From contig JBHGNT010000012.1 in NCBI GenBank assembly GCA_043228905.1, forward strand, positions 13,082,001-13,146,000: a stretch of 64,000 bases of DNA, written 5' to 3'. This document shows, piece by piece, positions 36,284 through 47,977 of this stretch. How positions within the stretch are numbered: position 1 is the stretch's first letter; each line of letters begins with the position of its first letter. Origin of the DNA: Azolla caroliniana. Its lineage: Eukaryota; Plantae; Polypodiophyta. Position numbers and translations under genes: made by a program. Below the pieces are notes generated by a model. The model was not told where the DNA came from and made no database searches. It saw only the letters and a program-made list of their open reading frames with translations.

Positions 36284-39200
36284 CGAACCCAATCAACACG
36301 AACCCAATCAATAAATAAAGAAGAGTTTTTATTATAAAACCAGGGATAACCCAGTATTACATCGGTGGTACAAAGATTCATTACATGGAAGTCTACTTCC
36401 TCTATATAAGTATCAATAGAAATTCCTAATGAATGAATCGCCCCGTTGATGTATTGTACTCTTCCATCGGCCAAGTGCACCGTGTAGGTGTGATCACTTA
36501 CGGTGGGTTGGATTCCCCATATCTGAACCAAACGATCATTCACAAAATTGTGTGAGCATCCCGAATCAAATAAAAATTGTACGGGAGATCCATTGATATA
36601 CCCGTTTGCACGTAGTAAATCATTGGGACCCAATACATAGTGAGGGAAAGAACATTCACAATTACTTAAATGGTGTGTATAGACCTGAAGGACATTAGGA
36701 ATCTGACCTTTATGGTCTGCAACTTTAGCTTTGTTGTCGTGCTCTTTCCGTTGGAGCTTTCGACATTGATCTTTTGTATGCCCCTTCTTTTTGTAGAATA
36801 CACAAAAAGGATGTTGTTGCTTACAATCGCGATCCAGGAATTCGTTGGGTGTCTTGCGTTTCCCAACAAATTGCGACTGCTTAGTACCGGGCGCTTCGTT
36901 GGGTTTGTTATGGTCCTTCTTCGAAGTGCGTTGATAGCGAAGAACTATTTCAACGGCCTCTTCGAAGGATTTTGGATCCTTATCGTGCACTATCCAGTGA
37001 TAGTCCGAATTGGGGATGCCATTGACAAAACAAGCTATCAACCAATTGTCCCCTTCTAGACCCGATTTTTGGATTTGGGTTCTAGCATGGTGAACATACT
37101 CTTCTAGCGAGGAAAATTTCCTGCTAGAGAGGTTCATTAAAGCTTGTGCTGCCTCGGTTCGAGAGGGAGGTTGCAGAAATTGGCTCTTAAAAACCGTGAC
37201 AAAATCTGTCCAGGTATCGGGCAATTTCCCCATAGTACGGAGGCCAGGCCATCAGGCGGCGGCCTTACCCCCGAGTTCTCGACCGACATATGCAATCTTC
37301 GTACTATCTGGCGTGGGATAGAGCTCAAAATGAGACTCCCATCGTCCCAGCCATGTGCAGATTGCTTCTTCGGTTCTTTCCTTTTTGTCTCCCATAAATG
37401 GCTTAACGACAAATGATGGTTCACCTTGTCGCTCATCAGGTCTATTAGTCTCACGTTGTAGACTAATGACACGTGCCTCAAGAGCACTCTGAGATTGCCG
37501 AAGTTCGGTCATCTGTTGAGCGGTGAAACTAAGGTATTGGGTTATTTGTGCCAAATACATCTCAGTGGACATTTGTCCAGGAGGATTCCCTTGAGTTCCT
37601 TCCGCTTGAGCGGATGACATCGGGTCGTTAATTTGAGCCATTAAAGATTATTTCTAGAAAAGAAATAGGATAAGGTCAGAGATATAGTCATAACATCATG
37701 TCGTGATGTAAACATATCATGGGCGAGCATTAATCGATATCATTATCTCACGTCAATACCCCTCTAGACGTATGAGATGAGGTTCAAGATCAGGTTACTA
37801 TGGTAACACAAAGGTGTTTTAAAAACCATGGGGGTGACAAATAAATGTCTTTCCCTGATCTCTATATCGATTTTTTCATGGTGGCTCCACGAGGCTCAAC
37901 CATGTATGTTCGCGTCATGAATAGTTTATACACGAAAAAAATGTTAATAATAAACTATGTTTCGGTGCCCACATATGTGGTTTCGGCTCTTTAAGTCCTA
38001 TTACGAGGACCCCGAGGCGCACTTAGACCTTAAGTCTAAACATGTGTTATAGTCATATGTATCAAGGATGTTGTATGGTCTTGGTCATATTTGAACTCGA
38101 GACCTCGAGAACAAATACATTAAACACTTGAGCCAACCAAGTAAGTTGCTCTTCTCGAATGCTTAATGTTTGATGCGTATAAGAGATATGCGAGGCAATT
38201 GATCATATACGTTTTTTTAAAAGAACATATATGTCAAGGGTCCTTATTTCGCCCTCATTTACCAAAACTATGTTGGTACGTTACCTAACCTCAAGTCTCG
38301 TAATTACGATGGCATACGCCAAAGTGCAACCTAATGGTCAAGCCAAATGAGCCCTCGTTTCGTAGTACGCTCACGTGGGCCATCACATGGTCACATCATT
38401 ACGAATGCCTCTCGTAAGAACGAGCTCATGGTGGCATCGTATCCATGTAACGAGGGAGGGATGTTGGATACGTGCGTCATTGGAGCGACCTTACTTGAAG
38501 TGGGTCAAGCCCTACGTACTCAACATCATTTTGGCTATTGGCGCTTCTATACGTAACGAAATCGAGGTCCTCAACGGGGTTATCAACAATAAAAAAATGT
38601 TGAAAAAGGGATGGTGACAACGCCATTCTCACAAAAATGTGAGGACGGCCACCAACATCCTTTTCCCGACCATGACAATTTTCGATATAATCACGTAATA
38701 ACGAATATACACATATGTTTACTTATCACATATATACGATCAAATACGTATATATGTGACCACATATGCCTATATTAAACATATCGTTATAGTAAATAGC
38801 AACAAATGATGTGATCGAGATACGTAATCGAGGTATATACCTCTACGCACACGAAACATCCACAAATAAGAGATCATCGTAATACGCAATGGAGGTATTG
38901 ACCTCTTACGCATACGAGACCAAACGCATATCGTTTACAACAAATTAAGGTATTAAACTCATACGCAAACGTAACATATGTTCGTGAATGTAATACGTAA
39001 TTGAGGTATTAACCTCGTACGCATACGACACTCATCACATATTATTAATATGTCAAACGAGGTATTGACCTCGTGCACATATGTAAACGTTTTAGATAAT
39101 CAATTAAAGACCACTACAACATCATTGACTTAATGAAAAAAAATTACGTATAAACTAAACACATGATTAGATGGGAGAAGAGAGAATAGAAAGAAAAATT

Positions 39201-39785
39201 ATGGAAAGAGTTACCGAAGTTCTTTGTTGATCGTTGTCTGGATCAAGGCCAACCGCACAACGATCGATCAGCATCAATCAAAAGACAAATGAAAAACATA
39301 GAAACATTAGTACAAAAATCTGATACCAAATATTATAGATCTAGGTACTAAAGTAAGCTTAAGATAAGGATAAAGAAATGAAAGATAGAAAGGAGAAAGA
39401 GAAAGAAGGGTGCCGATCCACCCGACCACCCCCGAGCGAAGGGATCGAGACGGACTCGAGCCTCGATCGGCGTCCCATACCACCGTCGTGGCGTCGAGTC
39501 GTACCTGGTGCTGGCGCACTCGCTACAAGAGTTGACCCACCACACGAGCAGAGTCTCGATGTAGTACCAAGATGATCAAATGAGGGTAGCTAGGCCTCTT
39601 ATTTATAGCGATACCCAAGGCCCCCAGGCAAGTTCACACTTGACCTAATGGGTTGTCTCAATCCCGAGGATTCAAAGTAATCCTCCCCTTCTTTACACTC
39701 TCGTTTAACCCTCACACTTATCCACGTGTATAGAATAGTACGGTAAATTCTTACCACAGGATATTATATGGTCATGCCCGTAACA
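36284..39785 (-). mobile_element. Gypsy family A 5' part, inverted: LTR 39331-39785, PBS-Met, leader, gag-PR
   Basis: ORFs 37252-37641 and 36253-37233; tctgatacca at 39319-39328. Confidence 0.95.
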
Positions 39786-39944
39786 GAGAGGACCCGAGGT
39801 TTGCTTTACGACAAGACTACTTCTCGGGCAAGGGCTGGTCACCCCTTTTTTGGGGCCGGTGACTTTCGTTGATCACCACATGAGCCAAGTGATCAAATGG
39901 GTACAAGCAAAGATGAGCACGCAAAATGAATGCACAAGGGGATG

Positions 39945-40497
39945 AGAACACAAACACGAATGCTCGTATGTCTTTATGAGGAGGAGAGGTGCATGGGGAT
40001 GCCGGAGAGCTCCCTCGTCACAAGACACCGAACGTACAAGGAAAGGGACGAGAATACAAACACGAATGCTCGTACGTCTTTATGAGGAGGAGAAATGCAT
40101 GGGCATGCCCGAACACTCCCTCATCACAAGACACCGAACGTACAAGGAAAGGGACAAAACACATGCACGAATGGTCGTACGCCTTTATGAGGAGGAGAGG
40201 TGCATGGGCAAGCCCGAACGCTCCCTCGTCACAAGACACCGAACGTACAAGGAAAGGGACAAAACACATGCACGAATGGTCGTACGCCTTTATGAGGAGG
40301 AGAGGTGCATGGGCAAGCCCGAACACTCCCTCGTTACAAGAAGGACAAACGTACAAGGAACACGCAAAACACACACACGAATGCTTGTACGCCTTTATGA
40401 GGAGGAGAGGTGCATGGGCACACCTGAAACACTCCCACATCACAAGATGGCCGAACGTACAAGGAGATGAGAATTAAAGAAAGAAAACACGAATGAC
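39945..40497. repeat. ~105-bp tandem repeat, about 5 units
   Basis: cacgaatg..tttatgaggaggaga..caagacaccgaacgtacaagg recurs at ~39955, 40061, 40166, 40271, 40376. Confidence 0.9.
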
Positions 40498-40687
40498 ATT
40501 GGCTAAAGAAGTAGATATGTAAGTTCGATTGCAATGCAAGAGTGCCCTTTATAAAATAGGGTTTGATTACAATGTGGCAACTTCTAGTTGACCACAAGCT
40601 CAACACAACAGAAATAATTAAATGCCCTTAGAGACAAGAGTGAATCTGAACATTGACCACGAACACGAAGAAGACGAGCACTTGAGT

Positions 40688-41053
40688 TGTTACGGGCATG
40701 ATCATATAATATCCCGTGGTGAGAATTTACCGTAGTATTCTATACACGTGGATAAGTGTGAGGGTTAAACGAGAGTGTAAAGAAGGGGAGGATTACTTTT
40801 AATCCTCAGGATTGAGACAACCCATTAGGCCAAGTGTGAACTTGCCTGGGGGCCTTGGGTATCGCTATAAATAAGAGGCCTAGCTACCCTCATTTGATCA
40901 TCTTGTTGACTACGTCGAGACTCTGTCTTGTGGTGGGTCAACTCTTGTAGCGAGCGCGCCAGCACCAGGTATGACTCGACGCCACGACGGTGGTATGGGA
41001 GGCCGATTGAGGCTCGAGTCCGTCTCGATCCCTTCGCTCACGGGTGGTCAGGT
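40688..41053 (+). mobile_element. Truncated Gypsy family A LTR
   Basis: TGTTACGGGCATG start; matches 26067-26430. Confidence 0.92.
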
Positions 41054-41292
41054 GACTCGATGAAATCAGCCGAGTCAAGTCCCAGCTGTCAGACGCATTT
41101 GAGATGAAGGACCTGGGGGACCTTCACTATTTCCTTGGGATCGAAGTGATCCGAACCCCCGACGCCATACTGCTCTCATAAAGACACTATGTGTTGACTA
41201 TGTTGTACAAGTTCGGCATGACGGAATGCCGACCGATCTCCACACCCCTGGACCGGAACTAGAAGCTCCGTCCCGACTCCGGACCAGACTGC

Positions 41293-43633
41293 TGTCACGG
41301 ACACACCAAGTACGGACTAAGACGGAGCACGGATGATGAGGCTACGACGGAGCGATGACGGAATGACACAAGAGCATAAAGATAGAGATGAAGATTAAGG
41401 AGACAAGATTGGGCGAAATGAGAATACTAGATTGATATGTCCATGACTGGCGTTGTTCACCTTGAATTCCTTCAAGGTGAACTCAACTATTTATACTAAG
41501 TGGCATGCATACTTGTTGCACGCATGTGATACAATAGAGTATGTAGGCAATAGGTACGCATGCATGTGCCAAGTGTTAATAATACAAGGGAGAAATTATG
41601 CACATGATGCTAGCTAAAACCTACAATGAGGAAGTATATACATGATTATATGCTAGATGTGTGGTTAACACATAACACTCGATTATAACATGGTCATGCA
41701 AGAGTCGAATCTTGACATTATCCCCCCTTCAACGATGCCTTCCCAGATCGTTTGTCGGCTTAAGGGGATATTGTTAATGAAAATCTTAGATCACCTCCAA
41801 AGTATTTTGTAAATCCTAGACAAGGAGTAACCCTTCCACAAGACGAGGTATTTTACGCCAACGGGCATGAGCGACCATGTGTGGTCCTCGTCTAGAACTG
41901 GAACACAAATATCAACGGGTGTGAGCGACCATGTGCGGTCCTCACGGGGAGCATGAACACCAAGGGGCATGAGTAACCATGTGAGGTCCTTGCCGGGAAC
42001 TAGAACGGTCCTCGTTGAGAGTTGGAACACAAACACCAACAGGCGTGAGCAGCCATGTTGTCCTCACCGAGAAATGGAACACGAACGGGATTAATCGACC
42101 ATGTGTGGTCCTCACCAGGAACTGGAACATGAACAACAATGAGCATGAGCGACCATGTCGGTCCTCACCGGGATCTAGAACACGAACAATAGTTGGAGTG
42201 ACCGACGGTGTGTGGTCCTCACCGGAGACTAGAACACGAACGGAAGTGAGCGACCATGCGGCCCTCACCGGGAACATGAACACGAACGGGAGTGAGCGGT
42301 CATGTGCGGCCCTCACCGGGAACAGGAACACGAACGGGCGTGAGCAACCATGCGGCCCTCACTCGAACACGAACACCAACGGGAGTGAGTGACCATGTGC
42401 GGTCCTCACCTGAGACTAGAACATGAACGAGAGTAAGCGACCATGCAGCCCTCACCGGGAACAAGAACACGAACAAGAGTGAGAGACCATGCAGCCCTCA
42501 CCGGGAACAAGAACACGAACAAGAGTGAGAGACCATGCAGCCCTCACCGGGAACTCGAACACGAACGGGCGTGAGCGACCATGCGGCCCTCATCGGAAAC
42601 TCGAACACGAACATGCATGAGTGAACATACGGCCCTCACTGGGAACTCGAACATGAACACCAATGGGAGTGAGCGACCATGTGCGGTCCTCATCGGACAC
42701 TGGAACACGAACGGGAGTGAGCGACCATGTGGCCCTCACACGGAACTCGAACACGAACGGGCGTGAGCGACCATGCGTCCCTCACCAGGAACTTGAACAC
42801 AAACACCAACAAGAGTGAGCGGCCTTGTGCAGACCTCACCGGGAACTGGAACACGAACACCAACAGGAGTGAGAACTGGAACACGAACACCAACGGGAGT
42901 GAGCGGCCTTGTGTGGCCCTCACCGGGAACTGGAACACGAACACGAATGGGAAAGAAACTAAAAAATAGAGACAATGATGAGGAGAAACTAAAAGGCAAT
43001 GAAAATGATGAGAAGAAACTAGGAGATAGAAATGGCAAGGAAGATAGGAAATGAAGCGATGTTGATGATGGTACGGTGACGATGGTAACTCTAGAAGCAA
43101 GGTCGATGATGGAGACGGGTGATGCTTCTAGTTGGAAGGTGAACAAATTGTCACGGACACACCAAGCGTGGACTAAGACGGAGCACGGATGATGAGGCTA
43201 CGACGGAGCGGTCACGGACACACCAAGCGTGGACTAAGACGGAGCACGGATGATGAGGCTACGATGGAGCAATGACGGAATGACACAAGAGCATAAAGAT
43301 AGAGATGAAGATCAAGGAGAGAGGATGGGCGAAACGAGAATACTAGATTGATATGTCCATGACTGGCGTTGTTCACCTTGAATTCCTTCAAGGTGAACTC
43401 AACTATTTATACTAAGTGGCATGCATACTTGTTGCACGCATGTGATACAATAGAGTATGTAGGCAATAGGTACGCATGCATGTGCCAAGTGTTAATAATA
43501 CAAGGGAGAAATTATGCACATGATGCTAGCTAAAACCTACAATGAGGAAGTATATACATGATTATATGCTAGATGTGTGGTTAACACATAACACTCGATT
43601 ATAACATGGTCATGCAAGAGTCGAATCTTGACA
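41293..43633 (-). mobile_element. Complete 2.3-kb non-autonomous LTR element, putatively self-priming
   Basis: LTRs 41293-41717 and 43149-43633 (TG..CA), perfect TSD ACTGC, PPT 41718-41729, chromodomain remnant VKYLVLWKGY, interior of tandem repeats. Confidence 0.92.
41860..42950. repeat. ~55-65-bp tandem repeat array inside the non-autonomous element
   Basis: gagcgaccatg(tg)cggccctcaccgggaact.gaacacgaac recurs roughly 17-18 times. Confidence 0.9.
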
Positions 43634-44366
43634 ACTGCGATGAGAAGCGGTTCTGACAAATCGTTGGAAGCCTTATATATTTGACAATCACCCGACCCGA
43701 CATCAGTTATCCGGTCGGCGTGATCAGCCAATATATGCAGAAGCTGACCGTGGAGCACCTTCTGTGTGCGCATCGAATTTTGCGATATGTGAGCGGCACA
43801 AAGGAATGGGGACTGTTATACCAGCATGGTATAACCGAAGAGCTATTCGGCTACACTGATGCCGACTGGGCCGGCGATGCTTCGGATCGCCGATCCACCT
43901 CCGGCTATATGTTTTCCCTTGGTAGTGCGGTTGTTGCGTGGAGCAGCAAAAAGCAGCCAACAATGGCCCTTTCGAGCACTGAGGCTGAATACTAGGGCAC
44001 TACCATTGCCACTTGTGAAGCCATTTGGCTTCGACGACTGCTGTAAAACTTGCAGATCGAGGTACCGACCCCGATCCTGATCTACTGTGACAACATCAGC
44101 AGCATGCAACTCGCCAAGAACCCTGTATTCCATGCTCACACAAAGCACATAGAGGTGCACTACCACTTTCGTGCATGAGCGTGTCTTGAGTGGTGAAGTC
44201 GAACTTCGGTATGTTCATATGGATCGGCAAGTTGCCGACATCTTCACCAAACCGCTCGGATCGGACAAGTTGCAGCCCTGCACCGAAATGCTTGGTGTTC
44301 AGCATCTCGACGTGCCACACTTGAGGGGGAGAACGGGCAAAGGCAAAGAAACTGCCGATTGCGCCG

Positions 44367-44678
44367 GTGAGACAAAGAGAGAAGGCACAAAAACTCTATT
44401 TTGAAAATAACAATTCTCTGTAATGCTCTGTACATCGTATGTGTTCAGTGAACACTTTTATACAAGTCCATATGGACTAACAGAAGTACGGTGTACTTCA
44501 ATGCTCACACAGGCGTCTGACACTAACTATGAGACATTAACTACCTAGTAGTCTAGGCTGCTACTAGGCTTTTGGTTACTGATGGATTCGGCTAACCGGC
44601 TCCCTAGCTCACCGGCTTACCGATCTAGCTCATCCTTTCGGATGCCGATCCGGATCCGGTTGAGCTTGCCGCTCAACA
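44367..44678 (-). mobile_element. Partial Copia LTR related to 20025-20439
   Basis: Reverse complement begins TGTTGAGCGGCAAGCTCAACCGGA. Confidence 0.8.
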
Positions 44679-44884
44679 AATCAAATAGCGGTTTATTAAT
44701 GAAAGTGTTGTTGTTTTACCTCTTGTTTAATCTTTGAAGCTTTGGTTAATTACCGTTATGTGCATAATAGAATCTATTTTACGCATGTATTACGATCCTT
44801 AACCACACCGGTTAGTAACCGGTTAGGAATACGTTTGTATCACGGTCTACGCCTACCCCATTTGCACCACCCCTTTGGTGAAGT

Positions 44885-47380
44885 GTCCTAGAGGGACACT
44901 CTGTGTTAGGGTCAGTCCTGCCCCAAGGAGTAGGTTCAACGTTAAGGGGAGGGAAGAGAGAGAGGGAGAGAGAGATGACAAGAGAGAGATTGAGAGAGAA
45001 ATGGTTATTGTATTCATTCATTCCCCATAAGGGGTTAAATAGGTACACAAGGGTAGATACACAAGGGTGCAAGCCCCTTGGGCATTCACACCTAACCACT
45101 CACTCACACCTCTTTGTATCCACCACACTCACACTTACATTCACACTCATAATCATATAACATTACACATACATATCAACACATTACATCTTTCACCCTC
45201 ACTTATCACAGTTATCAATCTCCTGTACATCTCATACGGTAACACAACATGGCACGCCCGTGGGAGAGTGCCTTGCACGTCAATCCCACATGCCTTGATC
45301 ATAATCTTTCTTCGACCGGAACTTCATCGGTCCTCTCAACGATCGACTCCCTCGATCGGAGCGCTTGACTCTAACATCTTTGTCGGTCAACGAATCTTCA
45401 TTGACACGAACATTCTCGTTCTGTTGTTCATGAACTTTGGTAACATCAATGATCGACTCCCTCAATCGGAACGCTTGACTCGAACATCTCCGTCGGTCAG
45501 TGTGTATGTGTGTTCTTCTTTGTATCTTGTGAGTCGCGCGTGGATCGCATCCATTTCTTTTAGGTTCATGAGTTTTTCAAATTCCGTAGGTGCCCTTTAA
45601 TTTTTTAAATTTTAATTTTGTACCCTTATGTTTATGAAATCTGTTCGTTATACCCTCATGTATCTAGAATTCCAATAATGCCCTTAGGTTTGTTTTTTGA
45701 AATTTCTTGGATGTCCTCAGTTTCTAAATTCCTAGGATGTTGTCTTTTTCCCTCCCTCTTTTTAGTTTCGTCTTCTTTCTTTCCTCATTTTTTTTCTTTT
45801 CGTGTCTGCCGGTCTTTTTCTGCCTACCTGTGTCATATTATGATTTCTTCTTCTTTTCCTCTGTCTTTCTCTTTGACTCCATCTTCTTGTCTATCTATCT
45901 CTCTCTGGCCACTCCGACCACTGTTGTCGTCCTTGTCTAGCCGTCTCCATTTTCCATGGTTGTGTATTTCGGTTGTCATCCCCATCGTTGTCTGGATGTC
46001 ATACCGGCATTTGTCCGGCCATTGGCTGTTGTTTAGCCACTATCTAGCCACTCCAACCGCTCCAACTGTTGTCTGGCTGCTCTTCAGCCGTTGTACGGCC
46101 ATCCCGACTACTCTTCAGCCATTATCTGGCCATTCCGACCGCACTCCGGCCACTCTGACTGTTGGTTCGTTTTTCTGGCCATTGTTCATTTTTTCCACCA
46201 CCCTTTCTCTTTGTCACCATCATCTCTAGCGGACACTTCGTTTTTCCGTCTTGTTGTCCGGTCCTCCTTGTTCTTCTTTGGTGTTCTCTCGTCTCCTTCT
46301 ATTTGTTGTTGATGATTTTAGCAATGGTGACCCTAATGATTATGATTACAACGAAGAATGACCGCACATTCTAATTCCTTCATATGCATCATCTTGGAGA
46401 TCATGGTTTATGAACAAACGATGCTTATTATGAATCATGCTCACATGTGTTATGGCGGTTAATGTAGGTGTTAATATCAAGGTTAGTATAAGGGCTAGAG
46501 GCACACACTTAGGGTTAGTACACAAAGAGTTTGGGCTAAACTTATAAGGCCCATGGGTGTAGGAGAAACTAGGACTAGGGTATCTAGTGCAAGGAATGGT
46601 AGAGGAGTTAGGGTTAGTAAAACAGGAACAGAAAATGGGGTTAGGGTTACAGGAGTAGTGATTATCCAAAGACCAAAAATGATGATAATGATGATGATAA
46701 TGCTCGGAGACATCATCAATCTACCATCTTCATCATTTCTCGCACATTTCTTGTACATTGTCGGTTTGATTTCTTGCTCTCTCACACATACTTCTACCGC
46801 ATATCATTCCGTGAGTTCCTCTCGCACATCATACTGTTGTGGATCATTCATCGACTCCATCTCCAAAGGGAAGTCGCCTTAGTGGTCGCCAAAAGGTGTT
46901 GTACGTTTTAGGGTTAGGGTTAGGGTTAATGGTAATAATGAATATCGATGACGAAGATAGACATGGTGTAATAATGAAGATGATGGAGAGTATGATGGTG
47001 AGAGAGATCATGAAGATGTTGACAAGCATTGAGAAGCATTGCGGGGTGGGGGGTGGTGCCTAGAATGGCTCCAGCCCCCCTCCCAAGGGGGTTCAACATT
47101 AAGGGGAGGGAAGAGAGAGAGGGAGAGAGAGATGACAAGAGAGAGATTGAGAGAGAAATGGTTATTGTATACATTCATTCCCCATAAGGGGTTAAATAGG
47201 TACAAAAGGGTAGATACACTAGGGTGCAAGCCCCTTGGGCATTCACATCTAACCACTCACTCACACATCTTTGTATCCACCACACTCACACTTACATTCA
47301 CACTCATAATCATATAACATTACATCTTTCACCCTCACTTATCACAGTTATCAATCACTCGCACATCTCGTATGGTAACA
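44885..47380 (+). mobile_element. Non-coding LTR element (LARD/TRIM-like); left boundary uncertain
   Basis: Direct repeats ~44930-45244 and ~47090-47380, both ending GGTAACA; PBS-like TGGCACGCCCGTGGGA at 45250; G-rich PPT-like tract 47041-47056. Confidence 0.7.
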
Positions 47381-47977
47381 GTTTCGGTGCCCAAACATGT
47401 GGTTTCGGCTCTTTAAGTCCTATTACGAGGACCCCGAAGTGTGCTTAGACCTCAATTCTAAACATGTGTTATAGTCATATGTATCAACGATGTTGTATGG
47501 TCTTGGGCATATTTGAACTCGAGACCTCCAGAACAAATGCATTAAACACTTGAGCCAACCAAGTAGGTTGCTCTTCTTGACTATTTAATATTTAATGCGT
47601 ATAAGACATATGCGAGGCATTTGCCCATATATGTCCTTTTAAAAGAAACATGTATGTCAAGAGTCCTTATTTCCCCCTTGTTTACCACAAACTTTGTTGG
47701 TACATTACCTAACCTCAAGTCTCGTAATTACAATGGCATACGCCAAAGTGCAACCTAATGGTCAAGCAAATGAGCCCTCTTTTCGTAGTAGGCCCATGTG
47801 GCCCATCACATGGTTACGTCATTATGAATGCCTTTCGTAAGAATGATCTCATGGTGGCATCGTATCCATGTAATGAGGGAGGGATGTTCGATATGTGTGT
47901 CATAAGAGCGACCTCACATAAACTGGGTCAAGCCCTACATTCTCAACACCATTGTGGCTAAGATTGTTTCATTACAT
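47381..47977 (-). mobile_element. Older, diverged family A leader fragment (continues at 61521-61775)
   Basis: Diverged match to 37959-38553. Confidence 0.85.

Larger units (their letters stand above)
41054..44366 (+). mobile_element. Copia RT/RNase H fragment split by a nested element
   Basis: FEMKDLGDLHYFLGIEV before 41293; TRPDISY, YTDADWAG, HAHTKHIEVHYHF after 43633. Confidence 0.92.

Noticed and set aside
41860-42950. CRISPR-like array
   Set aside because: Degenerate tandem units without unique spacers, inside a eukaryotic LTR element, with no cas genes.
45067-46882. ORFs of 60-200 aa as host genes
   Set aside because: Low-complexity translations with no recognisable domain, overlapping on both strands.
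46907-46928. True telomere or interstitial telomeric array
   Set aside because: Only three units, embedded in low-complexity sequence.
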